Positions 11,968 to 26,479 of a stretch of 64,000 nt of DNA are shown here, piece by piece; position 1 is the first letter of the stretch, and every line of letters starts with the position of its first letter. Source of the DNA: Malacoraja senta. Its lineage: Eukaryota. The stretch lies in assembly GCA_038087875.1 (NCBI GenBank), contig CM075989.1:7750001-7814000 (forward strand). Direction: 5' to 3'. A program made the position numbers and the translations under genes. Below the pieces are notes generated by a model that was not told the DNA's origin, ran no database searches, and was given only the letters and a program-made list of their open reading frames with translations.

Positions 11968-14818
11968 GAACATAGAAAATAGGTGCAGGAGTAGGCCATT
12001 CGGCCCTTCGAGCCTGCATCGCCATTCGATATGATCATGGCTGATCATCCAACTCAGTATCCCAACCCTGCCTTCTCTCCATACCCCCTGATCCCTTTAG
12101 CCACATCTAACTCCCTCTTAAATATAGCCAATGAACTGGCCTCAACTACCTTCTGTGGCAGAGAATTCCACAGATTCACCACTCTCTGTGTAAAAAATGA
12201 TTTTCTCATCTCGGTCCTAAAAGGCTTCCCTCTTATCCTTAAACTGTGACCCCTAGTTCTGGACTTCCCCAACATCGGGAATAATCTTCCTGCATCTAGC
12301 CTGTCCAACCGCTTAAGAATTTTGTACGTTTCTAAAAGACCCCCCCTCAATCTTCTAAATTCTAGCGTGTACAAGCCGAGTCTATCCAGTCTTTCTTCAT
12401 ATGAAAGTCCTGCCATCCTAGGAATCAGTCTGGTGAACCTTCTCTGTACTCACTCTATGGCAAGAATGTCTTTCCTCAGATTAGGAGACCAAAACTGTAC
12501 GCAATACTCCAGGTGTGGTCTCACCAAGACCCTGTACAACTGCAGTAGAACCTCCCTGCTCCTATACTCAAATCCTTTTGCTATGAATGCTAACATACCA
12601 TTTGCTTTCTTCACTGCCTGCTGCACCTGCATGCCTACTTTCAATGGCTGATATCCAAAATCAATACCCTTTTCCTAATAGGCCACCATTCAGATAATAG
12701 TCTACTTTCCTGTTTTTGCCACCAAAGTGGATAACCTCACATTTATCCACATTATACTGCATCTGCCATGCATTTGCCCACTCACCCAACCTATCCAAGT
12801 CACCTTGTAGCCTCCTAGCATCCTCCTCACAGCTAACACTGCCCCCCAGCTTCGTGTCATCTGCAAACTTGCAGATGTTGCATTCAATTCCCTCATCCAG
12901 ATCATTAATATATATTGTAAATAGCTGGGGTCCCAGCACTGAGCCTTGCAGTACCCCACTCGTCACTGCCTGCCATTCTGAAAAGGACCCGTTTACTCCT
13001 ACTCTTTGCTTCCTGTCTGCCAGCCAGTTCTCTATCCACATCAATACTGAACCCCCAATACCGTGTGCTTTAAGTTTGCATACTAATCTCTTATGTGGGA
13101 CCTTGTCGAAAGCCTTCTGAAAGTCCAGATATAACACATCCACTGGTTCTCCCTTATCCACTCTACTAGTTACATCCTTGAAAAATTATATAAGATTTGT
13201 CAGACATGATTTACCTTTCATAAATCCATGCTGACTTTGTCCAATGAATTCACCACTTTCCAAATGTGCTGCTATCCCATCTTTAATAACTGACTCCAGA
13301 ATTTTCCCCACCACCGATGTTAGACTAACTGGTCTGTAATTCCCCGTTTTCTCTCTCCCTCCCTTTTTAAAAAGTGGGGTTACATTAGCTACCCTCCAGT
13401 CCTCAGGAGCTACTCCAGAATCTAAAGAGTTTTGAAAAATTATCACTAATGCACCCACTATTTCTGCGGCTACTTCCTTAAGTACTCTGGGATGCAACTT
13501 ATCTGGCCCTCGGGATTTATCGGCCTTTAATCCATTCAATTTATCTAACACCACTTCCCGGCTAACCTGGATTTCACTCAGTTCCTCCATCTCATTTAAC
13601 CCCCGGTCCCTTGCTATTTCCGGCAGATTATTTATGTCTTCCTTAGTGAAGACAGAACCAAAGTAGTTATTCAATTGGTCTGCCATGTCCTTGTTCCCCA
13701 TGATCAATTCGCCTGTCCTCCTCTGCTGGACTGAATTTCTCCCAGTCCTCTGGTAGGCTGCTTTTTCTGGCTAATTTGTACACTTCATCTTTTGTTTTGA
13801 TACTGTCCCTGATTTCCCTTGTTATCCACGGATGCACTACCTTCCCTGATTTATTCTTTTGCCAAACTGGGATGAACAATTGTTGTAGTTCATCCATGCA
13901 GTTTTTAAATGCCTTCCATTGCATAACCACCGTCAACCCTTTAAGAATCATTTGCCAGTCTATCTTGGCCAATTCATGTCTCATACCCTCAAAGTCACCT
14001 TTCTTTAAGTTCAGGACCCTTGTTTCTGAATTAACATTGTCACTCTCCATCCTAGTGAAGAACTCAACCATATTATGGTCACTCTTGCCCAAGGGGCCAC
14101 GCACAACAAGACTGCTAACTAACCCTTCCTCATTACTCAATACCCAGTCTAGAATAGCCTGCTCTCTCGTTGGTTCCTCTACATGTTGGTTTAGAAAACT
14201 ATCCCACATACATTCCAAGAAATCCTCTTCCTCAGCACCCCTGCCAATTTGATTCACCCAATCTATATGTAGATTGAAGTCACCCATTATAACTGTTTTA
14301 CCTTTGTTGCACGCATTTCTAATTTCCTGTTTGATGCCATCCTCAACGCCACTACTACTGTTAGGTGGCCTGTACACAACTCCCACTAGCGTTTTCTGCC
14401 CCTTAGTGTTTCGCAGCTCTACCCATATCGATTCCACATCCTCCAAGCTAATGTCCTTCCTTTCTATTGCGTTAATCTCCTCTCTAACCAGCAACGCTAC
14501 CCCGCCTCGTTTTCCTTTCTGTCTATCCCTCCTATTGAATATCCCTGGATGTTCAGCTCCCAGCCTTGGTCACCCTGGAGCCATGTCTCCATGATCCCAA
14601 CTATATCATATTCATTAATAACTATCTGCACATTCAACTCATCCACCTTATTACGAATGCTCCTTGCATTAAGATACAAAGCCTTCAGGCTTGTTTTTAC
14701 AGCACTCTTACCCCTTATACAATTACGTTGAAAAGTGGCCCTTTTTGATTTTTGCCCTGGATTTGTCTGCCTGCCACTTTTACTTTTCACCTTGCTACCT
14801 ATTGCTTCTACCCTCATT
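11968..14818 (-). mobile_element. CR1/HER1-like LINE covering most of ORF2 (APE endonuclease and RT), frameshifted
   Basis: ORF pieces LYLNARSIRNK, ETWL, GDFN, SDH, NYRPVSLTS, LDFQKAFDKV, QGSVLGP, KFADDTKL; CR1 tail. Confidence 0.95.
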
Positions 14819-14989
14819 TACATCAAGGCGTGCTTAAATCTGCACAGATTTGAGATTCCAGTATTGCTTTCAGATAATGATTATGAAGGCTGTCACACTC
14901 AAATTTGAATTAGGCAACATGATTAAAAGAACAGTGAATTGGAGTGGAGAAGGTCACGCAGGTTAAGGAAATAAAGGAGATGATAATGA

Positions 14990-15660
14990 TGTCTTGGAAC
15001 ATATCGACATTAGAAAAGGAAGATCTGGTAGTATTAAGGCATATTAAGGTTGACAAATCCCTTGGGTCTGACCCAGTGTACTCTATGACATTGTGAGAAG
15101 AAGAAAATTGCAGAGGTTATGGCAGAGACATTTGACTAATTTGTTGTTGATGAGACCACATTGTGCGCTGTTCTGGTTGCCCAGCTATAGGAAGGATGTC
15201 GTTAATCTGGAAAGGGTGCAGAAGAGATTCAGGAGGATGTCATGACTGAAGGGCTTGAGTTACAAGGAGAGATTGAATAGTCTTGGATTAATCCCAGGAG
15301 TGTAGAATTTTGAGGGGTGTCCTTGGAGGCATATAAAATCATGAGCCAGTGAATAAGTTAGCTGGTCTCAGTCTTTATCAGAACAGGGGAGTCTAAAACT
15401 AGAGGGTTCAGATTTAAAGCCAGAGGGAAAGATTTAAATGGGACCCAAGGCACATATTTTTCACAGGGGGTGGTAGACATATGGAACAAGCAGCCTAAGA
15501 AAGTGGTGGAGGCAGATACAATTACAACATTTAAAAATCAGTTGCACAGAACGGAGAGAAAAGGTTGCGAGGTTTGAGCCAATCTCAGGCAAATGGCACT
15601 AGCTCAGGAAGACAACTTGATTGAAAACCTGTTTATGTGCAGTGTAGCTATGACTATTTA
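14990..15660 (+). mobile_element. Old degenerate CR1-like LINE fragments
   Basis: Decayed RT C-terminal motifs (CTGGAAAGGGTGCAGAAGAGATTC, AAAACTAGAGGG). Confidence 0.65.
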
Positions 15661-15906
15661 ATGGGCCATTTAGTCCCTTGAGCTAAAGAGTCACTAAAAT
15701 TGCAGTGGAACTGTTCAGGAATTGTTTTCTCTCATCTTTTTTGCTTTTTAAGAACACTTTTCAGTTACCTTTCAAAGCAGACAAAATATATATAGCATTG
15801 GATATGCTTAAACTTTCAAATGTTGCTGCACAACTCTGAATAGGAAAGTAAGGTATCCATTTGACAAGGTAAACATAAAAGATGGATCTGTTCAGCAGGA
15901 TTATCA

Positions 15907-16008
<102 letters not shown>

Positions 16009-16767
16009 TTAAAGTGGTAATCAATAAAATAAAAAGGATATACAAAAATGCAAAAGTTTGCATATATCTTTAATAATCTTGCTCCTGTAGACTTTAACTC
16101 AAGTTTACAGTAATTTGGCAATATGCACATACATATTCAATGATCCTCTCAAGCTATCAACTTTTCCAGCTGTATGGTATCCGTCATTTGAAGTGGATGG
16201 AGAGAGAAATATTTCAAGAGAATGGGGACAAAACCAGCCTTCAAATTTGCTTAAAACCAGCCTTTAAATTTCCTTGCACTCTTTATTACCACCCTTTCTT
16301 TCAGTCTTCCTGTAGAATCCTGGTTCCACACTATATTTGTGTTCGCTTTACAATTTAAGTCGACTAATTCAGCCGCTCTAGTAAGATATTTTACTTTCCC
16401 TTGTAAAGTTGCCGATCACTATTGCAACACACGATTATTCTATAGAACAGTAAATTGTAAATGACAACAGCAAATAGACAAAGAAAACACGAGGCACATA
16501 GACCATGGAAAGATAAGACTTGTGTGTAGTCTGGAGCACATCAAATAGGACCATCTTTTTTTGATTCTGATGGATTTGCCTTTCATAGATTTGCTGAATA
16601 TTGAAGTAACACGATGATGGCATAAAAACCCATTCCAAAAGGAATAAGGTGCTTTGTTTTGGAATAGCTTCAGAACTTTAATTACAGGAAATAGCAGAAT
16701 TACAAACAGAACATTGCCATGCTGGTCCCAACCTGACGTAAGAAACAAACAAAGGCAAAGTAGTTTA

Positions 16768-16944
<177 letters not shown>

Positions 16945-19656
16945 CTATTTCACAAACAGAAGAGTCAGCTTGAACTAAGGCACACTATTAAAGAGACATT
17001 GCTTTTTAAAGGCCCAGTCTTAGTGGGGTTGCATTAAAGAGAAAGCAAAAAGAGATTTGAGCTTCCAGAACAGTAACTGCTACCCTACTCCAACAGAAAA
17101 TATGAATGTATTTTTCAGGATTTGTTTTGCACTACATAAGGAAACTGAGATACAAAATAGACCAGAAAAGTTAACAAAAGGCAAAGATGCTGAAAATTTC
17201 AAGTTATAAATGAAAAATGTAGACAGAAATTGTAGGTCAAGCAGCACCTGCAGCGGGAGAAACACAACATTTTAAATTAATGACCTCTCTCATCCAGTTT
17301 CTATCGCCACAAGTGCAACCTGATCTTGTTTTATTTTAGGTCCGATAAGTTAGTTTTGATTAAAAGCTGGGAAGACCAATAACATAACTCAAACATAGGA
17401 CTAGTTATATATTAAACTTTAACAAGTTTTTTCCAGAATTTTATAGGTTAAATGGCAACATTTCCATGAGGACCAAGGACTTATATCAACAACTATTGAA
17501 ATCAATTGAAGTGCCTCATTGAAGGCATTGTGTGAACACCAAACTTGAGAAGCATGCCTAGTGTACCCATTTCGATTAATGGATTGTTTCTCATTTGGGA
17601 CAAATACTTAAAAAGAAACAGCAGTTAACTAACAAGCCATCTACATAACACCTTTAAGGAAAACACCCTGGTTTATATTGATACATTTATGGATTAAAAC
17701 TATTTATGGAATCGTGACCAAAAATTTTGAGGAAAATTTGAGAAAAATAGGGAGAAAAGTTGGAATTGTGTAGGGAACAAATCCTACAATGTGGGACTAC
17801 AGGCATGATTGTGTAGACTTCAGTAAGCAAAAGAAAAAGGCATTAAACAGGATGGGATGGAACTCTCTTGAAGGACTGGGGTGACGTGTGGGAGGAGAGT
17901 GAGGGCGGGTTGGAGAATATGACAGATGTTGTTAAAGTGGAATTTAGAAAGTTAGAACCAAGTCCACAAGGAAATGTAACCAAGGACAAAAAAGTTGAAT
18001 TACAATGCTGGGGAACTCATGAAAGTACATGCCAATATACACCAGCAATGGATCAATGCATGGCTCAACGCAGGCCAAGAATCAGGATGAGTTTACTTTT
18101 AAATAACGCAAAGGACAGAAAAAATAATCAGGTGAGCTCTACAGCAGGCAAATTCAGGGTGACAACAGCATAGCGGTAAACGGGAAAGTGACAGAGGACG
18201 GAGAAGAGGCCACATTATTAAAGGCGCAGAATGTGGGCACTTTAATGAATAGGTGATCAGCTTGGATGAATGATAAAAGCACCAAGGCCATAATCAATAT
18301 GAATTAATTGAACTCATAGAGATGTATTCGTGTGCAGTTATATTCAGTTGAGAGAAAAGAGTGCCTTCAGACTTCCACTTTTTTGTTAGTTGGAAGCCCT
18401 GATTGGATATGGCAAGGTGGAACAAGGAAGATGGATTCCACTCAGTTAACAACCCTGGGGCACTGAAAAGGAATGGGCAATTGTGTCAAAGTCCATACAG
18501 AGGATGAGGAATGGAAAAAAAAATACTAGAAGAGTTGCAAGAATGATGAGTACAGATTTGGAAAGTGACAATACTCTTAGACTGGACGAGAAAAGGTAGA
18601 TCAGAGTTTGAAGTGTTATACAGGCATGATATTCACCTCCAGAAAAAAAGTAGGATGTATTGGCTGGTGGTCCAGGATGCCAGTTAGCCAGTGGGGGTTC
18701 AGGGGGGGTCCTGGATTTTCAATAAATTGAAAGTGATTCCCAAGCTATCTGCTGGTAGTTTACATAATAGAAGCGTAGAATTTTTCGAACACATAACCAG
18801 TAAAATAACCCCCAAAAGATAAATATTTCATGAAATAAATGACTTCATACAGCAAAAAAAATCTTTACAAAACATGTTACCTGAAATGTCTCTTTGCCTA
18901 GCACAGAAAAACTGATTTTGGCTACAGCCATCTTCTGCTTCAGTAAGAGATGCTGGTGATTGGCCGCCGAGTGACTGGCGCATTATGTGATTGGACACAA
19001 CGCCCTTGGAGACAGCGGCTGATTGGACGGGAGACCAATTTGTTGATTTACGGGAATTTTAAGGGAAGCTGGTCGGTGATTGGATGCACCCCCCTTAGAG
19101 ACAGCGGTTGATTGGCCGCCAAATAATCGGGCACAAAAAACTGACAAATAGGAAAAAAAAACACACACACAAACGGAATTCAGATTTAAATCGTAAGAAT
19201 ATCATGCCTGGCTATAGGTAATTACAGCTTTAAAAAAAAAAGGGGGGGGGGTGGACTATATAAAAAATGAACAAAACTTCTCATTATAGAATAAGAGGCA
19301 ATACAGGGAAGCAAGAAGTGATAACCTAGCCTGATCTCATTAATCATAATCGTAATTAATTTATTAGCCAAGTATGTTTTGCTACATACAAAGAATCTGA
19401 TTTTGCCATAGACATACCAAAAAAAGCAACAAGACATACAACTACATAAAAATGTAGTGTCAATTTGTTTGCTGATAAGGATCAAATCTAATGGTCTGTT
19501 TTTATGACTTACTTATACCAGGGCGATTCTTTTTCCATCTGAGTCACCAGAGATCACTTTAAATTGTTTAATAATTCAAAGACATTTTGAAAGCTTATAT
19601 ATAAAATGAAAAGTGTAGCCTTGGAAACTTTAAAGCAAATTCAATTTGAAATATCA

Positions 19657-19785
<129 letters not shown>

Positions 19786-20782
19786 TTAATCATGATTTAA
19801 AATCCCATTTTTTTTACACTTCATGTATATCCTATCATTCAATTAATAAGGCAAATCACATGAATCATATCTGGTGTTACTTTATTTAGGTTAGAACGTT
19901 ACAACACAATTTGACCCAAATGATTTTTCTTCACCACCAACGGCAAAAAAATGCTCAAAATGGAATCTGTTGAATAATTCAATTAAAAAAAAATTCCTTT
20001 AGCATTGCAAATTTATCTTTGGAATTGCAGATTCAGTGAACGAGGATCCATGCGATTCAACACTAAAGGATTTCAATACCACACTCTTGGAATTACATTT
20101 TAAAAGACTTGTTTAAAAAAAATCTTATTAAATAATAGGTTAATGCTTTGAACATAAACACTAAATATTGCTGGAAACGTATGTTTAATAACGATATACT
20201 AGGTGCAATTAGGCAGCTTGAATTTGGTGCATTATTGCACATGGCACTCGGGCAGCAGTACAATTTACTAATGTCGCTGAATAACACTAATCACATTCTT
20301 ATTCAAATGTTATCACAATAGAGAAAATTAAGAACTTTCTTAGCAGTAAATAATTCCCACATGTGCAGTTGTTCACCAGAGATCTTCTCTTGTGCGTCAT
20401 TAATTATCAAGAGTTTAAAAATTTGTTGTAAAAGCAAAGGACTGTAACGCATAACCAAAACTAATTTCATTCTTTGCAGGCTTTAAAAAAAACCTCATTG
20501 CTCATTTGCATTTTGTATAGGAAAAACTTGTCCAGTTCAGGAAACTTTAAAGGTTATTTGAAATCAATTTCAAATACATATGACAGATTAACAATCATAT
20601 GTAATTTGGAATCCTGCATTTCACTACTATTATGACATGACAAAATTTAAGCTTTAACTGTAATGTGTCAGAGTTGTTTAAAATCATTTCAATTATATAA
20701 ATTTTGTGTTCATTTAACAATACATTGCATGAGCGTGCATTTCTGTAAGAGATTAAACTGTCAAACACTGTGCCTCAATACA

Positions 20783-22556
20783 TAGTGCCCTCCATGATGC
20801 TAGGTACAAAGACCCATCATTTATTAATTTGAATTAATTAGTCTGAAGAAGGGTTTCAGCCCGAAACGTTGCCTATTTCCTTCGCTCCATAGATGCTGCC
20901 GCACCCGCTGAGTTTCTCCAGCACTTTTGTCTACCTTCGATTTTCCAGCATCTGCAGTTCCTTCTTAAACATTTATTAATTTGCCTCTGTACTCGCCAAT
21001 TTGAGATTTGTAATAGAAAAAAACCACATGGTTAAAGTGCACATTGTTGGATTTTAATAAAGGCCATTAAAAAAAATACATTTTGGTTTCACCATGCAGA
21101 AATTACAACTGTGTTTACAGATAGGCCCCCCATTTCAGGGCACCATAATGTTTGGGACACAGCAGTGTCATGTCAATGAAAGTAGTCATGTTTAGTATTA
21201 TGTTGCATATTCTTTGCATGCAATGACTGCTTGAAGTCTGCGATTCATGGACATCACCCATTGCTGGGTGTCTTCTCTGGTGATGCTCTGCCAGGCCTGT
21301 AATACCCCGCCATCTTTAACTTATGCTTGCTTTGGGAGCTAGTATCCTTCAGTTTTCTCTTCAGCATATAAAAGGCACGCTCAATTGGATTCAGATCGGG
21401 TCACTCAAGAATTGACCCTTTTTTAGCTTTGAAAAACTCCTTTGTTGTTTTAGCAGTATGTTTGGGATCATTGTCTTCCTGTAGAATGAACCGCTGGCCA
21501 ATGAGTTTTGAGGCATTTGTTTGAACTTGAGCAGATAGGATGTGTCTATGCACTTCAGAATTCATTCTGCTACCATCAGCAGTTGTATCATCAATGAAGA
21601 TAAGTGAGCCAGTACCTTCAGTAACCATACATGCCCAGGCCATAACACCCCCACCACTGTTTCGCAGGTGAGGTGGTATGCTTTGGATCTTGGGCAGTTC
21701 CTTCTCTCCTCTATACTTTGCTCTTGCCATCACTCTGATACAAGTTAATCTTCGTCTCATCTGCCCACAAGACCCTTTTCCAGAACTGTGGTTGCTTTTT
21801 AAAGTACTTCTGGGTCATCCTATTTTTCCCCACTAACCAGTGGTTTGCATCTTGCAGTGTAGCCTCTGTATTTCAGTTCATCAAGTCTTCTGCGGACTGG
21901 TCATTGACAAATCCACACCTGACCCCTGAAGAGTGTTTCTGATCTATCGGACAGGTGTTTGGGGATTTTTCTTTATTATAGAGAGAATTCTTCTGTCATC
22001 AGCTATGGAGGTCTTCCTTGGCCTGCCAGTCCCTCTGTGATCAATAAGCTCACCAGTGCTCTCTTTCTTCTCAATGACGTTCCAAACAACTGACTTTGGT
22101 AAGCCTAAGATTTGGCTGATATCTCTAACAGTTTTATTCTTGGTTCTCAGTCTCATAATGGTTTCTTTGACTTTCATTGGCACAACTTTGGTCCTCGTGT
22201 TGATAAACAGCAATAAAAGTTTCCAAAGGCGATGGAAAGACTGGAGGAAAGACTAGGTGCTGAGAGCTCTCTTATACCTGCATTAAGAAGGCAATTAAAC
22301 ACACCTGAGCAATTACAAACACCTGTGAGGCCACGTGTCCCAACATTCTGGTGCCCTGAAATGGAGGGACTATGTATAAACACAGCTGTAATTTCCACAT
22401 GGTGAAACCAAAATGTATAAAAATGGCCTTTAATAAAATTTGACAATGTGCACTTTAACCACGTGTGATTTTGTCCATTACAAATCTCAAATTGTGGAGT
22501 ACAGAGGCAAATAAATAAATAATGGGTCTTTGTCCCAAACATTATGGAGGGCACTG
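20783..22556 (-). mobile_element. Tc1-family transposon with long inverted repeats and a decayed transposase
   Basis: Ends (C/T)AGTGCCCTCCAT...ATGGAGGGCACTG; ORFs with an HTH and GRPRK (21944..22213) and GGGVMAW...[10 protein letters not shown] (21401..21760). Confidence 0.92.
20832..20969 (+). mobile_element. Solo Penelope-like terminal repeat nested in the Tc1 inverted repeat
   Basis: Flanked by direct repeat CATTTATTAATTTG (20818-20831, 20970-20983); same family as 11142-11350. Confidence 0.8.
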
Positions 22557-24526
22557 TGCATACAAAACACGATTTACAAAAAGCACTGTGTGTGTCATGT
22601 GTTATTTTCACGATGCAAAGCCATAAACAACTTGAATTGGTAAACAGCAAATCACCCTAGTGCAAGAGGCCTCTGCTGAGCAAGTAAGCAATGGAATGTT
22701 TATAAAAATGTATTCGAAAGGAACTGATTTTTTTTTTTAAACATCCCTTTTTCTGCAACTTAAAATTTGCAGCCATTGATAGATCTCAGCTAAATTACAT
22801 CTATTCTGCACAATAAGGGCAAGGCTTATTACTTTGTTTGCTATTTTTAATTTTGCAGAAATGCTGGGTCATAATGGTTATTTACAGATGAATAATCCCA
22901 TTCCCTGTTGAGTTCTCAGGTGCATGTGCATCTTATCACATGGCAGTTAAATTTCCCCAATGGACCAATCTACACCTGCCTCAGTTTAATTAGCTGCCAA
23001 TTTAGTTTGTGCATTTACACATTTGCAATTTAAATCTGGATGTCTTAACCGTTCTTTATGTGAAAAATAAACTTTCAGTTCTGTAGCATCTTTCATGATA
23101 TCAGGTCATTGAGATATTTATAGCCAGCGATTCACTACTGAAGCGTGGTTACTGTTGTAACGTATGAAACAGTGCTTCCATCAGCATGGCTGGCCACAGA
23201 ACCTGAATGCAAGGTTTGTACATTCCAAAGACCCTATTTCAAAGCAATGTAAAGCAAGGAAAGCTTGCTTTACATTGATATTCATAAAAAAGAGATAGAA
23301 AAACCATGCTCAAAGCTAGCCTGGGTGGTAGAGGTATTGAGTTAAAAGACTGGTATTGATAAAAAGACATAAGGAGTTGCTGCAACTCCAGAGCACAATC
23401 TGTAAGTCTGTGAATCATGATTCAACCAAGTTACAATCATCAAAAAAGCTCTGCCATCTCTCAATCGAGTTTTCCCTGAAGAGAAGGCAGCTTGATTGGC
23501 AACCATATAAATGCAAGATTACGAGATGCACAGATAGGGTGGATGGTCAAAAATCTTTTCCGGCCATGGTAGGCATAGCAAAAACAAGGTTTATGATGGG
23601 AGGGAGTTTTGGGCAATTCTCTTTTGTACAGAGTAATTGATATCTGAAAAGCCACCAGAGATAAGATATAATCACCACATTTAAGAGTCCACATTTGAAG
23701 ACACTTCCATAAGGAATGAAAGGATATGGTCCAATGCACCCAAATGGGATTAGTGAAGATGGACAATGTTTAGCATGGAAGTGGTGGACTAAAAGGCTAA
23801 TTTATGTGCTGTACGACTACAACGCAATGTGATGAAGAGATTTTATGTATGACCGCGTATATGACTGCATTAAGCAATATGTTAAGAATAAAATCCTTCC
23901 AATGTCATAATACGACAAACCAAATTAAATTCTAACATGTTATCATGTAGCATTAGAAGTAAACTTGTTATTTAAGCTTTGGCTTCTTTTACCATCTCCC
24001 ATTTCAGCAAATCCGGTTTGACGGTATGGATTACTACAATAGGTAAAAATATGAATGCAACCAAACAAGTTTCGCACGAAAAACAATAATTGCATTGATC
24101 TTATCAACTAGATTTTCCCCATCATTGCTATGCTTGCAATGTATACAGAAAATTTGTGGCTTAATCATTTTGAAGTAGTTGTTTCATTCTTGAACAAAGG
24201 GACTTAAATGGGTTATACAAAACCATATTTTGTCTCTTCTAAATCAATAATTTTAAACCTTGGTGGCGTTGCATTATGAATTATACGATTAACAATTCAT
24301 GTGTTTTGCAACAAAAAAAACACGTAATTGTTGATGTTCTGCACTGGATTCCCTTCAGTCATTAGGTAATGAAGAGAGACCTTTTGGGAATATATTACCT
24401 GCAACAAAATTCCATTTAAAACATTGCTGTGCCAATGACTAGACTACTTGCAGACTCCTCCTTTATTGACTTATTTTATGCAACATTGCTGTTCTACATG
24501 GTCAATATTCATTTAAATCAATCTTA

Positions 24527-24664
<138 letters not shown>

Positions 24665-26088
24665 CTACAAATGAACAACAATAACAATTACCTTTGATCA
24701 GCCAATCCAATACCCACCAATCCATAAACATCCAGTTTATGAAAGAGTCTTAGCAGCCAAAAAAGTGTGTATTTTCTTTTCTTTTTTTAAAATACAAAAT
24801 TGACTAATTGAAAGAAGGTTTGCGAATAAAATGCCATATTGGTCCACACATAGGTTCTTATTGGAAGAATAACGTAAATTTGCTGAGATGGACTTTGATC
24901 TGATCTTTTTAACCAACATAACTCTTCGTATTCAAGCTTTTAAGACTGTACTGCATATCAAACCCAAAATATTTTCCCCTAATCCAATTCTCAAATCTGA
25001 AAGTTTAAAAAAATGACATGAAAGTTACTTGACCTAGTGTACTGAACTTTACACCATTAAGCACCCAAGGATGACAACAAAGCCAAACCAAAATGATTGA
25101 AACCCATCAAGCTGGAAAAAATTGTGAAACAAGTGGCTGATTGATGCTGAGATTAGCAGTTCAATATTTCTAAATCATTGCTCTTTTCTACAAGTTAATT
25201 TCAGTGGCTAAGTGGACTAGACAGGCTACGTTGGCTGAACATTTCCTGTCTTTATTTGGCATTTAAAATCATTCCATAAAAACTTATCCTATATTACTCT
25301 CATAACTTCAGAAATAGATGAGTTGTAACATTATGCACCCTGAAACTTTTAATGGAAAAAAGACCCATCACATTACTAAGTGAAAATTCATTCAATTGAA
25401 ACTAAATATATTTCTCCACATATTCCTGCTACGATTCAAAGCACACAAGATTAAATTTAAAAGTGGGATGGTAAGAAAATAGCTCATTGACTTAATACAG
25501 AAACAAGTGACTATCTTGAGAGCATGAACACAATAAAAAAAATCTGTTGCTGATATTGTGCGTTTTCCCAGAAAACCAGGCTTTAAAAGAAAAACAAACA
25601 AATATTTCACCAACCTCTAAATATCTGGGTAATTCAGCAGTATGACCTATATAACTCCCGTTTATAGGACAAGCTGCAAACTATGTTATATTTTCGTTTG
25701 GAAATAAAACTGCACCATTTCCCTCTTCATAAACTAATAATTCAATTATTTCAAATTCTAGTCTGCCTTAACTGCCACTTTTCAGATATTTGTTTTAGCA
25801 AAATATTTGCAAATATCCCCAAGAAAAAATCTGATTAATGTCCCATATGACATAGCATTTCTTAATAGCAACTGTCAGAGCCTTAGCTTTCATTATATTC
25901 AATTTTTAAATATCTTCTTTATTTCATGAAAATAACTTAATCTTCATTCCGTTACACTTTGTCATCCCTAATTGGTGTCCAGAATTAACAATAGACAAAA
26001 ATTTGGACAAGGGCTGGAAAGGCATCGATATAAGTGTGAAATTAAAAAAAAAGTGGAACAAAATTCTGAGCATCTCTAATCTCATTAC

Positions 26089-26127
26089 CTGGGCCAAAGT
26101 AGCATCCGCGCATGCTTTTCTGGCATC
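26089..26127 (-). CDS. GNB1: GNB1 coding exon 2 (DARKACADATLAQ)
   Basis: 39 nt; CCTTTTCAG acceptor and GTAATG donor; in frame. Confidence 0.97.
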
Positions 26128-26309
26128 CTGAAAAGGAATGACAAGACAGTAAATAAAAATACAACATATTCCAATAAAAGTCCAAACAAAAGCTTTTCAC
26201 TGTACCTTGGTACACGTGATAATAATACATTAAACAGAAACATCAATATCGCATAGCATTAATCCAACATGATTTAACATAGTTAACATCTGGGATAATC
26301 TGTCCTGGG

Positions 26310-26450
26310 TAGACACAAAATGCTGGAGTAACTCAGCGGGTCAGGCAGCATCTCTGGAGAGAAGGAATGGGTGACGTTTCGGGTCGAGACCCTTCTTCAG
26401 ACTGATGTCAGGGAGGGTGCGGGACAAAGATAGAATGTAGTCGGAGACAG
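26310..26450 (-). mobile_element. Penelope-like terminal repeat with an intact hammerhead-like core
   Basis: Minus strand CTGAAGA-A-GGGTCTCGACCC-GAAACGTC at 26400-26373. Confidence 0.7.
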
Positions 26451-26479
26451 TATTCTCCGATTCCATTCTTTGTATTTTA

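Noticed and set aside
11968-14818. Active LINE
   Set aside because: Multiple frameshifts and deletions, and no ORF1 or 5'UTR
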